Assembly: GCA_965243025.1 (NCBI GenBank)
Contig: CBDETY010000003.1
Span: 2,208,001 to 2,272,000, forward strand
Source: Candidatus Latescibacterota bacterium
GTDB lineage: Bacteria > Latescibacterota > UBA2968 > UBA8231
DNA length: 64,000 nt
Reading direction: 5' to 3'
This document shows positions 1 through 9,310 of the stretch, piece by piece. The notes beneath the pieces were generated by a model that saw nothing but the letters and a program-made list of their open reading frames with translations, searched no databases and was not told the DNA's origin. The first letter of the stretch is position 1. Each line of letters begins with the position of its first letter. The translations under genes were made by a program, and so were the position numbers.

Positions 1-2826
1 GGCGATCCCCTGCCCGGGGCTACCGTCACCTTCACGGTCACCACCGGTGAAGGCCAGCTCAGCGGCCGGTTCACGGTGGAGCGGGCCACGACCGATGCCA
101 GCGGCCGGGCCGAGCTGACCCTTACCCTGGGTCCCCTCCCCGGTCCGAACATCGTGGGCCTGTCCCTCGGCTGGCGCGAGCTGGCCGCGTTTACCGCCGA
201 TGGGGTGGGCGTCGCCGTGGCCGAGCTGGAAGGGGACTACCGGACCTGGCATCTCCCCGAGGGGGCGACGGCGCGCCTGGGCAAGGGCGCCCTGGAACGG
301 GGCGACCGGGCCGTGGCTCTTTCGGCGGACGGCCGCTGTCTGGCCGTGGCCAGCGGCATCGGGGTGTGGCTGTACGAGGCGGCCACGTCCCGGGCCCTGG
401 CGCTGCTGCCGACGGAAAGTGCGGTCCATTCGGTGTCGTTCTCCCTCGACGGCACCCTGGCCGCGGGGTTGGACAACGGCCGGGTCGAGCTGTGGGAGGT
501 GGAGACCGGGGAGCGGATCGGCACGCTGAGGCAGGCGGATCGTCCGGTCTCCTCGGTGGCTTTTTCGCGGGATGGGGCAACCCTGGCGGCCGGGTCGGGT
601 GATCAGGTCATCAAGGTGTGGGACGTAGAGACCTGGCGTGAGGTGGGCACTTGGGAAGTGCTGCGTGAAGGCAATGTCCTTTCTCCACTTTCGGTTGCCT
701 TTTCACCGGACGGGACGAGGCTGGTATCGGGGTTCCAGGACGGCACGGTCCGGCTGTGGGACGTGGCAACGCAAGAGGAGGTGGCAACGCTGGAGGGGCA
801 CACGGATCGGGTCGCTTCGGTGTCGTTCTCCCCCGATGGCGCCCTGCTGGCTTCGTCCGGGGGGAGTAATGATGATCCCACGGTCCGGCTGTGGGACGCG
901 GCCACACAGGCACAGATCGCGACTTTGGAAGGGCATACGTTTGGGGTCAACTCGGTAGCGTTTTCTCCGCCCGACGGCGCCACCCTCGCTTCGGCGTCGG
1001 ATGACGGTACGGTCCGCCTGTGGGACGTGGCCACACACCAGGAGACCGCCCTCTTGGACGAGCATGGGGCCCCGGTCCATTCGGTGACGTTTTCCCCCGA
1101 TGGGGCCACCCTCGCTTCCAGTGGTGCCGACGGCACGGTGCTGCTGCGGGACCTGGAGACCGACAATGCCGCCCGTCTCTCCGGCCACGGGTCTTTGTGG
1201 TCGATGGCGCTCGCGCGAGATGGCGTCCTTCTGGCTTCGGGGTTCGGGGACGGCACGGTGCGGCTGTGGGACGCGGCGACGCGGACACGGATCGCCACCC
1301 TCGTGGGACATACGTCGCTGGTCACTTCCGTGTCGATTTCTTCCAACGGCGGCCTCCTGGCCTCCGGGGCCTTGGATGGCAGGGTCAGCCTGTGGGACAT
1401 AGCGACGAGGACCAATACCGCTACCCTCGAGGCACATGGTCCGGTCAGGTCAGTGGCCTTTTCGCCCGACGGCGCCCTCCTGGCTTCCGGGTCGCAGGGT
1501 GGCAGGGTCAGCATGTGGGACGTGGGGACGCAAACGCAGGTCGCCACGCTGTGGGGCACGTCCGATGTCAATTCGGTGGCTTTTTCTCCGCCCGATGGAG
1601 CCCTTCTGGCTTCGGCCGGAGGCTTTGGAGACAAGACAGTCAAGCTGTGGGACGTGGAGACTCGTGACCTGATTGGCACCCTGGAAGGTCATGAGAGGGA
1701 GGTCGGTGGGGTGACCTTTTCCCCCGATGGCAAGACTCTTGCCTCGGGGTCGTGGGATGGCACGGTGAAGCTGTGGGACGTGGCGACACGCACTCCTGTC
1801 GCCACTCTGCAGGATGTGAATACAGTCCGTTCGGTGGTCTTCTCGCCCGATGGCGCCCTCCTTGCTTCCGGGTCACTTGGTGGCACGGTCAGCCTGTGGG
1901 ACGTGCCGACGAAGAGAAGAACCGCCACCCTGGAGGGGCATAGGGATCAGGTCCATTCGGTGGCTTTTTCGGGCGACGGCGCTACTCTGGCCTCCGGGGC
2001 CAGGGATGGCACCATGCTGCTGTGGGACATGCAGCTGGTTCTGCCGCACCCCCGCACCCTGGCCAAGCTTTCCGGCGATGAGCAGCAGGGATTGCCCGCT
2101 GCTCAACTGGCGGAGCCGTTCGTCGTTTCGGTGCTGGACCAGAACGGGGCCCCGCTTCCCGGGGCGGAAGTCACTTTCACAGTTACCGCCGGCGAGGGAA
2201 CGCTCTCCCCAACCACCGCCACCACCGGTGAGAACGGCCGCGCCGCCAGCACCTTGACCCTGGGCAGCCTGCCTGGGACCAGTACCGTCACCGTATCGGT
2301 GGCCGGCCTCGACCCCGTGACCTTCACCGCCACCGCGGAAGCCACCGCCGACTTCGACGGCGACGGCGCGGTCAGCTTCTCCGACTTCTTTCTGTTCGCC
2401 GACGCATTCGGCGGCAGCGACCCCCGCTTCGACCTCGACGGCAGCGGCAGCGTCGACTTCGCCGACTTCTTCCTCCTGGCCGACTACTTCGCCGATCCTG
2501 CCCGGGGCAAGCTGCTGGCCCTTGCCCGGGAGAGGATCGGCCTGCCCGACGGCCCTCAGCTTCGGCAGAACGCCCCCAACCCCTTCAACAGCGAGACCGT
2601 CATCTCCTGGTTCCTGCTGCGGCCGGGTCCGGCGCAAGTGGAGGTGTTCGCCCTGACCGGGCAGCGGGTGGCGGTCTTGCACCAAGGACCGAAGAAGGCG
2701 GGCGTGCACCGAGTGCACTGGGACGGGGGTGACGACGATGGCCGCCCACTTGCCAGCGGCGTCTACCTGTACCGCCTTTCGACCGCCGAGGCTGTGCAGA
2801 CGCGGAAGCTGACCCTGCTGCGGTGA
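1..2826 (+). CDS. 5'-truncated large surface/secreted protein: Ig-like (Big-1-like) segments, ~14 WD40 repeats, EF-hand/dockerin-like pair, C-terminal FlgD-Ig/T9SS-like sorting domain
   Basis: The frame is open from base 1 (GDPLPGATVTFTVTTGEGQLSG..), so the true start lies upstream. Repeated GH..V.SV.FSPDG.LASG.DGTV.LWDV units; DFDGDGAVSFSDF / DLDGSGSVDFADF loops; C-terminal QNAPNPFNSETVI...WDG.DDDGRPLASGVYLYRL...RKLTLLR. Confidence 0.9.
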   Translation, partial: GDPLPGATVTFTVTTGEGQLSGRFTVERATTDASGRAELTLTLGPLPGPNIVGLSLGWRELAAFTADGVGVAVAELEGDYRTWHLPEGATARLGKGALERGDRAVALSADGRCLAVASGIGVWLYEAATSRALALLPTESAVHSVSFSLDGTLAAGLDNGRVELWEVETGERIGTLRQADRPVSSVAFSRDGATLAAGSGDQVIKVWDVETWREVGTWEVLREGNVLSPLSVAFSPDGTRLVSGFQDGTVRLWDVATQEEVATLEGHTDRVASVSFSPDGALLASSGGSNDDPTVRLWDAATQAQIATLEGHTFGVNSVAFSPPDGATLASASDDGTVRLWDVATHQETALLDEHGAPVHSVTFSPDGATLASSGADGTVLLRDLETDNAARLSGHGSLWSMALARDGVLLASGFGDGTVRLWDAATRTRIATLVGHTSLVTSVSISSNGGLLASGALDGRVSLWDIATRTNTATLEAHGPVRSVAFSPDGALLASGSQGGRVSMWDVGTQTQVATLWGTSDVNSVAFSPPDGALLASAGGFGDKTVKLWDVETRDLIGTLEGHEREVGGVTFSPDGKTLASGSWDGTVKLWDVATRTPVATLQDVNTVRSVVFSPDGALLASGSLGGTVSLWDVPTKRRTATLEGHRDQVHSVAFSGDGATLASGARDGTMLLWDMQLVLPHPRTLAKLSGDEQQGLPAAQLAEPFVVSVLDQNGAPLPGAEVTFTVTAGEGTLSPTTATTGENGRAASTLTLGSLPGTSTVTVSVAGLDPVTFTATAEATADFDGDGAVSFSDFFLFADAFGGSDPRFDLDGSGSVDFADFFLLADYFADPARGKLLALARERIGLPDGPQLRQNAPNPFNSETVISWFLLRPGPAQVEVFALTGQRVAVLHQGPKKAGVHRVHWDGGDDDGRPLASGVYLYRLSTAEAVQTRKLTLLR

Positions 2827-3004
2827 GCCCGGCAAACCTGGATCTACGGTTTGAAAGCCATGAAGGCGAACAGCCTCATGGGGTGGATACGCTTCGCTCG
2901 ATGGTACGTCGATCGGCGGCCAAGCACCTCCGCCTGACGCCGTTTGCACCAGTGATCGTAAAGTGACCGGCAGCACAGGGGGGACTGACCCGAAAGAGGA
3001 CGCC

Positions 3005-3913
3005 ATGGGGCGCTGGTGGGTTTATCAGGGAGAGCGTTTCCCCCTGTTGAGGCACGGGCCGTTGATCCTCGCCTTCAGTTTCAGCGCCGTCTCTTTCTCC
3101 TGGATGCTGCGCTCCCCCGGAGGATGGCCCGACCCGTTGTCGGTGGTGGTCGCCTTCGCCTCCTGTCTGGTCTTCTTCCTGCAACTGCGCATCGCCGACG
3201 AGTTCAAGGACTTCGAAGAGGATGCGCGCTATCGGCCCTACCGCCCGGTACCCCGAGGTCTCGTAACCCTCCGGGAGCTGGCCGGCCTCTTCGCGATCGC
3301 GGGGGCTCTGCAGCTGGGCCTCGCCCTCTGGCTTGACCCGCGGCTTCTCGTCCTGCTGCTCGTCACCTGGATCTACTTCACCCTAATGAGCAAGGAGTTC
3401 TTTGTCGCAAGGTGGCTGCGCGGCAAACACCTGCTCTACATGGTCACCCACATGGCCATCATGCCGCTCATCGACCTCTACGCCACCAGCACCGACTGGC
3501 TGGTCTTCCAGGGCCATCCTCCATCCGGACTGTTCTGGTTCCTGCTTGCCAGCCTCTTCAACGGCATGGTGATCGAGATCGGCCGCAAGATTCGCAGTCC
3601 CCGGGATGAAGAGGAGGGGGTGGCCACCTATTCCGAGGTGTGGGGCCGGAGGCGGGCGGTGGGCGCGTGGTGGCTTGTGCTGGGGCTGGCGCTCGGTTGC
3701 GCCTGCCTGGCCGCGCGCCCCATCGATTTTGTCCCACCGCTGGCCATTGCTCTCGGGGCGTCCTTGGGCGGTGCGGTGCTCATCGGAGCTCGCTTCCTGC
3801 GGCGCCAGACTCCCGGAGCGGGGAACTGGATCGAGAACTGGTCCGGGGTCTGGACGCTGGTGTTCTATCTCAGCCTGGGTCCGGCACCGCTTCTGTGGCG
3901 GGAAATCGGATGA
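3005..3913 (+). CDS. UbiA-superfamily prenyltransferase-like membrane protein
   Basis: ATG at 3005 after GAGGA; multiple TM helices; Asp-rich RIADEFKDFEEDARYRPYRPVPRG motif and a second DEEEGVATYS motif. Confidence 0.75.
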   Translation: MGRWWVYQGERFPLLRHGPLILAFSFSAVSFSWMLRSPGGWPDPLSVVVAFASCLVFFLQLRIADEFKDFEEDARYRPYRPVPRGLVTLRELAGLFAIAGALQLGLALWLDPRLLVLLLVTWIYFTLMSKEFFVARWLRGKHLLYMVTHMAIMPLIDLYATSTDWLVFQGHPPSGLFWFLLASLFNGMVIEIGRKIRSPRDEEEGVATYSEVWGRRRAVGAWWLVLGLALGCACLAARPIDFVPPLAIALGASLGGAVLIGARFLRRQTPGAGNWIENWSGVWTLVFYLSLGPAPLLWREIG

Positions 3914-6618
3914 CCTTCGTTCTCTCGTCTTCGGACGGCGTCGATCCCGGCCGCATGGGAGGCAAGGCCGCCGCCCTCTCCCTGCTGGCCGGCACGGGGG
4001 TGGAAATCCCCGCATGGTTCGTGATCACGCCGGGCGCTTTCGAAGCCAGTCTCTCGCCCGCCCAGCGCCGCGCCCTGCTCCGGGCCGAAGGGCAGGAAGA
4101 GCTCGAGGGGTTCTTCGACCGGGTCTCGCCGGCGCCCCAGGTCCTGGATGAAGTAGAGAAAGGCTTCGCAACGCTGGGCGGCGATACCCGCTTCGTCGCG
4201 GTGCGCTCGTCCGGTGTACAGGAGGACGGAGTCGAGCACTCCTTTGCCGGCCAGTTCGAGAGTTATCTGTCGGTTACCCGGAAGCGCCTGCCGGCCCGGA
4301 TCGCCGACGTATGGCGATCCGGTTTCAGCGAACGCCTCCTCGCCTACCGCCGGGAGAACGACCTCGAAGGGCTGCCGCAAGCTCCGGCCGTGCTGGTGCA
4401 GGCGATGGTCGACAGCGAGACCGCCGGAGTCGCCTTCAGCGCCGACCCGGTGACGGGACGCCGCTCGGTGGCGGTGGTGTCGACCCTCTACGGCCTGGGA
4501 ACGGCGCTGGTCGGCGGGGACGCCGACGCGGATACCTATCGCGTCCACTTCGATGGCACGATCCTCGAGCGGGACATTGCCGCGAAGAGCCTGGCGCACC
4601 GGCCGGCCCCGGACAGTCCGGAAGGGTTCGCGGCGCAAGAGGTCGCGGAGCCCGCTGCCTCCAGGCCGGCGCTCACCGACGGGGAGGCAGCGCGCATCGC
4701 CGAGCTCGCCCGCCGCGCCGAGCGCCACTTCGGGCGGCCGCAGGACATCGAATGGGCGATGCGCGGCGGCGAGATCTTCCTCCTCCAGTCGCGGCCGATC
4801 ACCTCTCTGGCCGCGAGGCCGGATCCCGACGGGGTCCGCACCATCTGGGACAACTCGAACATCGTAGAGAGCTACAGCGGTATCACCACCCCCTTGACCT
4901 TCAGCTTCGCCCTTCACGCCTACGATGGGGTCTACCGCGAGTTCTGCCGCCTCCTGGGCGTGACCAAGGGCAAGATCGCGGCCAACGACCTCACCTTCCG
5001 CCGCATGCTCGGGCTTGTGCGAGGCCGCGTCTACTACAACCTCCTCAACTGGTACCGCGTCATCGCCCTGCTCCCCGGCTACAGCTTCAACCGCCGCTTC
5101 ATGGAACAAATGATGGGGGTGCGGGAGAGTCTTCCCGACGAGATCACCGCCGCCGCATCCAGCGCTTCCCCGCCGGAGCGTCTTCTCGATCTGCTCCGAC
5201 TGGGCCGCACTGTTGCGGGAATGGTCGTCAACCACGTGCGCCTGCCCGGCATGACCGCCCGGTTCGAGGAGCGACTGGATCGTGCCCTTGCTCCTCGGGA
5301 GCCACCACTGGAGGCGATGCGGCTCGACCAGCTGACCGCCGACTATCGTGCCCTGGAGTCGAATCTTCTGACGCGCTGGGACGCACCGTTGATCAACGAC
5401 TTCTACGCCATGGTCTTCTTCGGCGTTCTGGGCCGCCTCACGTCCAGGTGGTGCTGCGCCGGGAAGGACGAACAGGGCTCTCTGTACAACGACCTGGTGT
5501 GCGGCCAGGGGGACATGATCAGCGCCGAGCCCGCAAGGCGCATCGTCGAGATGGCCACCGTCGCAGCGCGCCACTCCGAGCTGACCGAGGTCCTCTGCCA
5601 GGGGGCGGCCAAGGCGGCCGAGAAGGCCTTGCGCCGGCACGAGGAGCTGGAACGACTCTACGACGATTATCTCGCCACCTTCGGCGATCGCTGCCTCGAA
5701 GAGCTCAAGCTCGAGTCGACTACTCTTCTCGACGATCCCGAGCCCCTGCTGCGCTCGATCGGGCACGCCGCCGCACGACTGGCGCGCGGTCAGACCTTCG
5801 ATTCCGGTCATCAGTCGGCCGTGCGGCAGAGGGCGGAAGAGAGGGTGCGGCGGGCCCTTGCGCGGCGCCCCTTGAGGCGCGCCGTCTTCGCCTGGGTTTT
5901 GCGCAACGCCCGCCAGCGGGTGCGGGACCGGGAGAATCTGCGGTTCGAGCGTACCCGCATCTTCGGCCGCGCCCGCAGGATCTTCCTCGAGGTCGGGCGC
6001 AGACTGTTCGCCGAGGGAGTCCTCGACGACCCGCGCGACGTCTTCTACCTCGAGCGCGAGGAAATCCTGGCGTACGCCGAAGGGGCCTCGCCTTGTGACG
6101 ACCTGCGCGGTCTCGCCATCGCGCGCCGCCGCGCCTTCGAGCGCTACGCAGAGCACGAGGCTCCGGCCAACCGCTTCGAGACCTTCGGCGCCCCCTACAT
6201 CGCCAACAGCTGCGCGGGGAGCGGCATGGGGACGGGAGAGCAGGGTGAAGCCGGCGAAGAAGACGTACTCCGCGGCCTCGGTTGTTGCCCGGGAGTCGTG
6301 CGGGGCCGGGCGCGCGTGATCCGCGATCCTCGCGGGGCGGAGCTGCAACAAGGGGAGATAATGGTGGCGGAGCGCACCGACCCGGGATGGATCATGCTCT
6401 TCCCGGCCGCCGCCGGCATTCTGGTCGAGCGCGGCAGCCTGCTCTCACACTCGGCGATCGTGGCCCGAGAGATGGGAATTCCCGCCATCGTCTCCATCGC
6501 CGGCCTCACTGCCCGAATCAGGAGCGGTCACTGGATCGAGATGGACGGCTCGGCCGGCCGGGTGAGCCTGAACCCGCCGCATCCTGAAGCCGGCCCGGAG
6601 CAGGGAACCCGTCCATGA
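3910..6618 (+). CDS. PEP-synthase/rifampicin-phosphotransferase-like enzyme (ATP-grasp, central substrate domain, His-swivel domain)
   Basis: ATG at 3910 overlaps the upstream TGA (ATGA). GGKAA, AVRSS..ED...SFAGQFES, QDIEWA, LQSRPIT, and C-terminal GSLLSHSAIVARE with the catalytic His. Confidence 0.88.
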   Translation: MTFVLSSSDGVDPGRMGGKAAALSLLAGTGVEIPAWFVITPGAFEASLSPAQRRALLRAEGQEELEGFFDRVSPAPQVLDEVEKGFATLGGDTRFVAVRSSGVQEDGVEHSFAGQFESYLSVTRKRLPARIADVWRSGFSERLLAYRRENDLEGLPQAPAVLVQAMVDSETAGVAFSADPVTGRRSVAVVSTLYGLGTALVGGDADADTYRVHFDGTILERDIAAKSLAHRPAPDSPEGFAAQEVAEPAASRPALTDGEAARIAELARRAERHFGRPQDIEWAMRGGEIFLLQSRPITSLAARPDPDGVRTIWDNSNIVESYSGITTPLTFSFALHAYDGVYREFCRLLGVTKGKIAANDLTFRRMLGLVRGRVYYNLLNWYRVIALLPGYSFNRRFMEQMMGVRESLPDEITAAASSASPPERLLDLLRLGRTVAGMVVNHVRLPGMTARFEERLDRALAPREPPLEAMRLDQLTADYRALESNLLTRWDAPLINDFYAMVFFGVLGRLTSRWCCAGKDEQGSLYNDLVCGQGDMISAEPARRIVEMATVAARHSELTEVLCQGAAKAAEKALRRHEELERLYDDYLATFGDRCLEELKLESTTLLDDPEPLLRSIGHAAARLARGQTFDSGHQSAVRQRAEERVRRALARRPLRRAVFAWVLRNARQRVRDRENLRFERTRIFGRARRIFLEVGRRLFAEGVLDDPRDVFYLEREEILAYAEGASPCDDLRGLAIARRRAFERYAEHEAPANRFETFGAPYIANSCAGSGMGTGEQGEAGEEDVLRGLGCCPGVVRGRARVIRDPRGAELQQGEIMVAERTDPGWIMLFPAAAGILVERGSLLSHSAIVAREMGIPAIVSIAGLTARIRSGHWIEMDGSAGRVSLNPPHPEAGPEQGTRP

Positions 6619-7730
6619 GCACCGAAGCGGCGGCGCAGGCCGATTTCTCGTTCATCCGCTACGCGCAGTGCTGGGAGGACGCCGACGTTCTCCTCGAGGC
6701 GCTCGAGGTTGGCGAAGGGGACGTCTGCCTGTCGATCGCTTCGGCGGGAGACAACTCGCTCTCACTCCTGTCCCGGGGTCCGGCGCGCGTGATTGCCGTC
6801 GACATGAACCCGGCGCAGCTCGCCTGTCTCGCGTTGCGCGTCGCCGCCTACCGCGTGCTCGGGCACGGCGAACTCCTGCAACTCGTCGGCTCGCGGGAAT
6901 GCGCCGACCGGGAAGCTCTCTACAGACGCTGCCGCGGCGCCCTCGAGACCAGGGCTCGCGGCTTCTGGGATGCCCGCCCGGAGCTCATCCGGGCCGGCAT
7001 CGGCGGCGCCGGAAAGTTCGAGCGTTACTTCGCCGCTTTTCGCACAAAGGTATTGCCGTGGATCCATCCCCGGCATCGAGTCGACCGGCTCCTGGCCGGC
7101 GGCACCCTGCAGGAACGCCGGCGTTTCTACGCCAGGAGCTGGGACAACCGGCGCTGGGGTCTCCTCTTCCGGCTCTTTTTCTCCCGCTTCGCAATGGGCA
7201 GGATGGGCCGCGATCCGGCTTTCTTCCGCTACGTGGAGGGCTCGGTGGCGCAGCGCATCCTGTCGCGGGCCAGGCACGCGGCCACCGAGCTCGACCCCGC
7301 GGCCAACCCCTACCTCCAGTGGATTCTCACCGGCCGCCACACCACCGCCCTGCCCCACGCCCTGCGCGAGGAGAATTTCGACGCCATCAGGGAAAACCTG
7401 AACCGGCTCGAATGGCACCGCATGTCGATCGAGGAACTCCTCGCCTCCGAGCCCGGGCTTCGCTTCGATCGCTGCAACCTGAGCGACATCTTCGAATACA
7501 TGTCAGACGAGAGCTTTCACCGGCTGCTCGCCACCCTGGCCGACCGCGCCCGCAGCGGGGCCCGCTTCGCCTACTGGAACATGCTGGTGCCCCGCAGCCG
7601 TCCACCGCAGCTGGCGCACGCTCTCACTCCGCGCAGCGAGCTTGCCGAGCGGCTTCACCTTCAGGACAAGGCGTTCTTCTACAGCCGGTTCGTCGTCGAG
7701 ACGGTAGAGGGGGAGGCAGGGCCGCGATGA
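6615..7730 (+). CDS. DUF3419 / BtaA-like SAM-dependent (3-amino-3-carboxypropyl) transferase family protein
   Basis: RYAQCWEDADV N-terminus, SAM-binding IASAGDN and VDMNPAQ, LSDIFEYM, DKAFFYSRF; ATGA overlap with the upstream gene. Confidence 0.8.
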   Translation: MSTEAAAQADFSFIRYAQCWEDADVLLEALEVGEGDVCLSIASAGDNSLSLLSRGPARVIAVDMNPAQLACLALRVAAYRVLGHGELLQLVGSRECADREALYRRCRGALETRARGFWDARPELIRAGIGGAGKFERYFAAFRTKVLPWIHPRHRVDRLLAGGTLQERRRFYARSWDNRRWGLLFRLFFSRFAMGRMGRDPAFFRYVEGSVAQRILSRARHAATELDPAANPYLQWILTGRHTTALPHALREENFDAIRENLNRLEWHRMSIEELLASEPGLRFDRCNLSDIFEYMSDESFHRLLATLADRARSGARFAYWNMLVPRSRPPQLAHALTPRSELAERLHLQDKAFFYSRFVVETVEGEAGPR

Positions 7731-9100
7731 CACTCACCGCCACCCTCCTCGCCATGGCGGTCCTCCTCGCCGCGTTTGCGGTGCTCCTGGCTGGTCTCAA
7801 GGCGATTGAGAAGAGAAGCCGTCTCCATCCCGAACTCCTGCGCAAGGGCATGCACGTCCTCATGGGGATGGTCCTCCTTCCGTTGCCCTGGGTCTTCGAC
7901 CGCGCCTGGCCGGTGATCGTGCTGGCAGTCCTCGCCTGCGGCGCCATGGTGGCGGCGCGCGCCAGCCGCCGCCTGCGCAGCGGCATCGGAACGGTGATGG
8001 GCGGAGTCGGGCGGAACAGCCTCGGCGAAATCTACTTCCCGATCGCCGTGTGTCTCCTCTTCCTCCTCAGCCGCGGCGACTGGCTGCTTTACGTCGTTCC
8101 CATCCTCATGCTGGCGCTGGCGGACGCCGTCGCCGCCCTGGTGGGCCTTCGCTACGGGTTGTCGCAGTACCGGACTTCGGACGGCCACAAGAGCCTCGAG
8201 GGTTCTCTCGCATTCTTCCTGGTGGCCTTCTTCAGCGCCCACCTTCCCCTCCTGCTCCTGACCGGCACGGGACGCGCCGAGGCCGTCCTGATCGCCGCGA
8301 TCCTCGCCCTCCTCCTCATGATGCTGGAGTGCGTGGCGTGGCGCGGACTGGACAACCTCTTCATCCCCCTGGGGGCCCACGCTTTCCTGCGCCTCTACCT
8401 GGGTGCAGAAACCGGGCTTCTCCTCTTTCACCTGATGGTTGCCGTGCTCCTGACGGTTTTTGCACTGGCCTGGAGGCCGCGCAGGAAGCTCGACGACAGC
8501 GCGCTCATCGGATGCGCGCTCTTCGGCTACGCCGCCTTCACGCTGGGCGGTTGGCTGTGGCTTTCCGGACCGGTGGTCTACTTCCTCACCCTGATCCTGG
8601 TCTGGCCGCGCTCCCCTGCGGATCGTCCGCACACCGTGTATGCCATGCTCGCGTCTTCGGCCGCGGGCCTGTGCTGGCTGTTCGCCCACTCCATCACCGG
8701 GAAGGGGTGGCTCCTGATCCCCTTCACCGGCTCCTTCGCCGCCCAGCTCACCCTGTACGGGGTCGCGAGGTTCGGCCACCTCCCCGACCGTGGACCGCGT
8801 TCCCTGCGCCTGCTCGGCGACATAGGTCTCGGCTGGCTTCTCATTCACTGCCCGACCCTGCTCATCGCTTTCGCCTATGGTCTCGCCGACCTGGCGTCCC
8901 ACGCTCCCGTACTGGATGTCCCCGGTCTCTTCAGCGACCTCGGTCTCGGCCTGTTGGCCACCAGTATGGTTGCGGTGGTCTTCTACCTGCTGGTGCCGCG
9001 AATCTACGGTCCACCCATGCGGGAGGCCGCCATCAACCCCACCTTCGCCGCCCTCGGCATTGTGGCGTCGGTCGTGGCGGCGCTGCGCTGGCTGGGCTGA
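7727..9100 (+). CDS. CTP-dependent dolichol/phytol kinase-like membrane protein with C-terminal membrane extension
   Basis: ATG at 7727 (ATGA overlap); PELLRKGMH, LALADAVAALVG, HKSLEGSLAFF and GLDNLFIP motifs; highly hydrophobic. Confidence 0.8.
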   Translation: MTLTATLLAMAVLLAAFAVLLAGLKAIEKRSRLHPELLRKGMHVLMGMVLLPLPWVFDRAWPVIVLAVLACGAMVAARASRRLRSGIGTVMGGVGRNSLGEIYFPIAVCLLFLLSRGDWLLYVVPILMLALADAVAALVGLRYGLSQYRTSDGHKSLEGSLAFFLVAFFSAHLPLLLLTGTGRAEAVLIAAILALLLMMLECVAWRGLDNLFIPLGAHAFLRLYLGAETGLLLFHLMVAVLLTVFALAWRPRRKLDDSALIGCALFGYAAFTLGGWLWLSGPVVYFLTLILVWPRSPADRPHTVYAMLASSAAGLCWLFAHSITGKGWLLIPFTGSFAAQLTLYGVARFGHLPDRGPRSLRLLGDIGLGWLLIHCPTLLIAFAYGLADLASHAPVLDVPGLFSDLGLGLLATSMVAVVFYLLVPRIYGPPMREAAINPTFAALGIVASVVAALRWLG

Positions 9101-9149
9101 GGGGGAGAAGGTGGTCCGGCAGCGTCGGCAGCAGGGAGAGGCCAGGAGA

Positions 9150-9272
9150 GTGAAGACGACCCTTGCCCTGTTTGCCCGGCTGCCGGTGGCCGGGAGCCTC
9201 GCCCTCCTCGCGGCGGACGCGAGTGCACAGTCGATCGATGACGCAAGGTCCGCCTACGCAGAGGGCCGCTAG
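9150..9272 (+). pseudogene. 40-codon remnant: signal peptide plus a few residues of a secreted protein
   Basis: GTG after AGGAGA; VKTTLALFARLPVAGSLALLAADASA/QSIDDARSAYAEGR then TAG. Confidence 0.4.
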
Positions 9273-9310
9273 CCGCGCCGGTTGCAAACCTTCCACACAG
9301 TCGAGGAGAG

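Noticed and set aside
480-2030. Regularly spaced CTGTGGGACGT-like nucleotide repeats resembling a CRISPR array
   Set aside because: They are in-frame WD40 coding repeats, degenerate at third positions; no cas genes.
3865-6351. 828-aa minus-strand ORF and similar long overlapping ORFs (e.g. 22511-24652, 25204-27222, 31691-34021, 34409-37384, 40453-42420)
   Set aside because: Alternative-frame or antisense ORFs over motif-bearing genes, typical of high-GC3 sequence.
3910-6618. Call as rph resistance gene or ppsA
   Set aside because: It lacks the PEP-synthase C-terminal barrel, and the operon context is biosynthetic; rifamycin specificity cannot be shown from sequence.
6668-9100. Apparent long fusion ORFs in the track (also 16631-17686, 18748-20241, 20343-22376, 41698-43839, 46323-49058, 47429-49681)
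   Set aside because: The N-terminal extensions are out-of-frame overlaps with neighbouring genes; true starts are internal, at RBS or stop-start overlaps.
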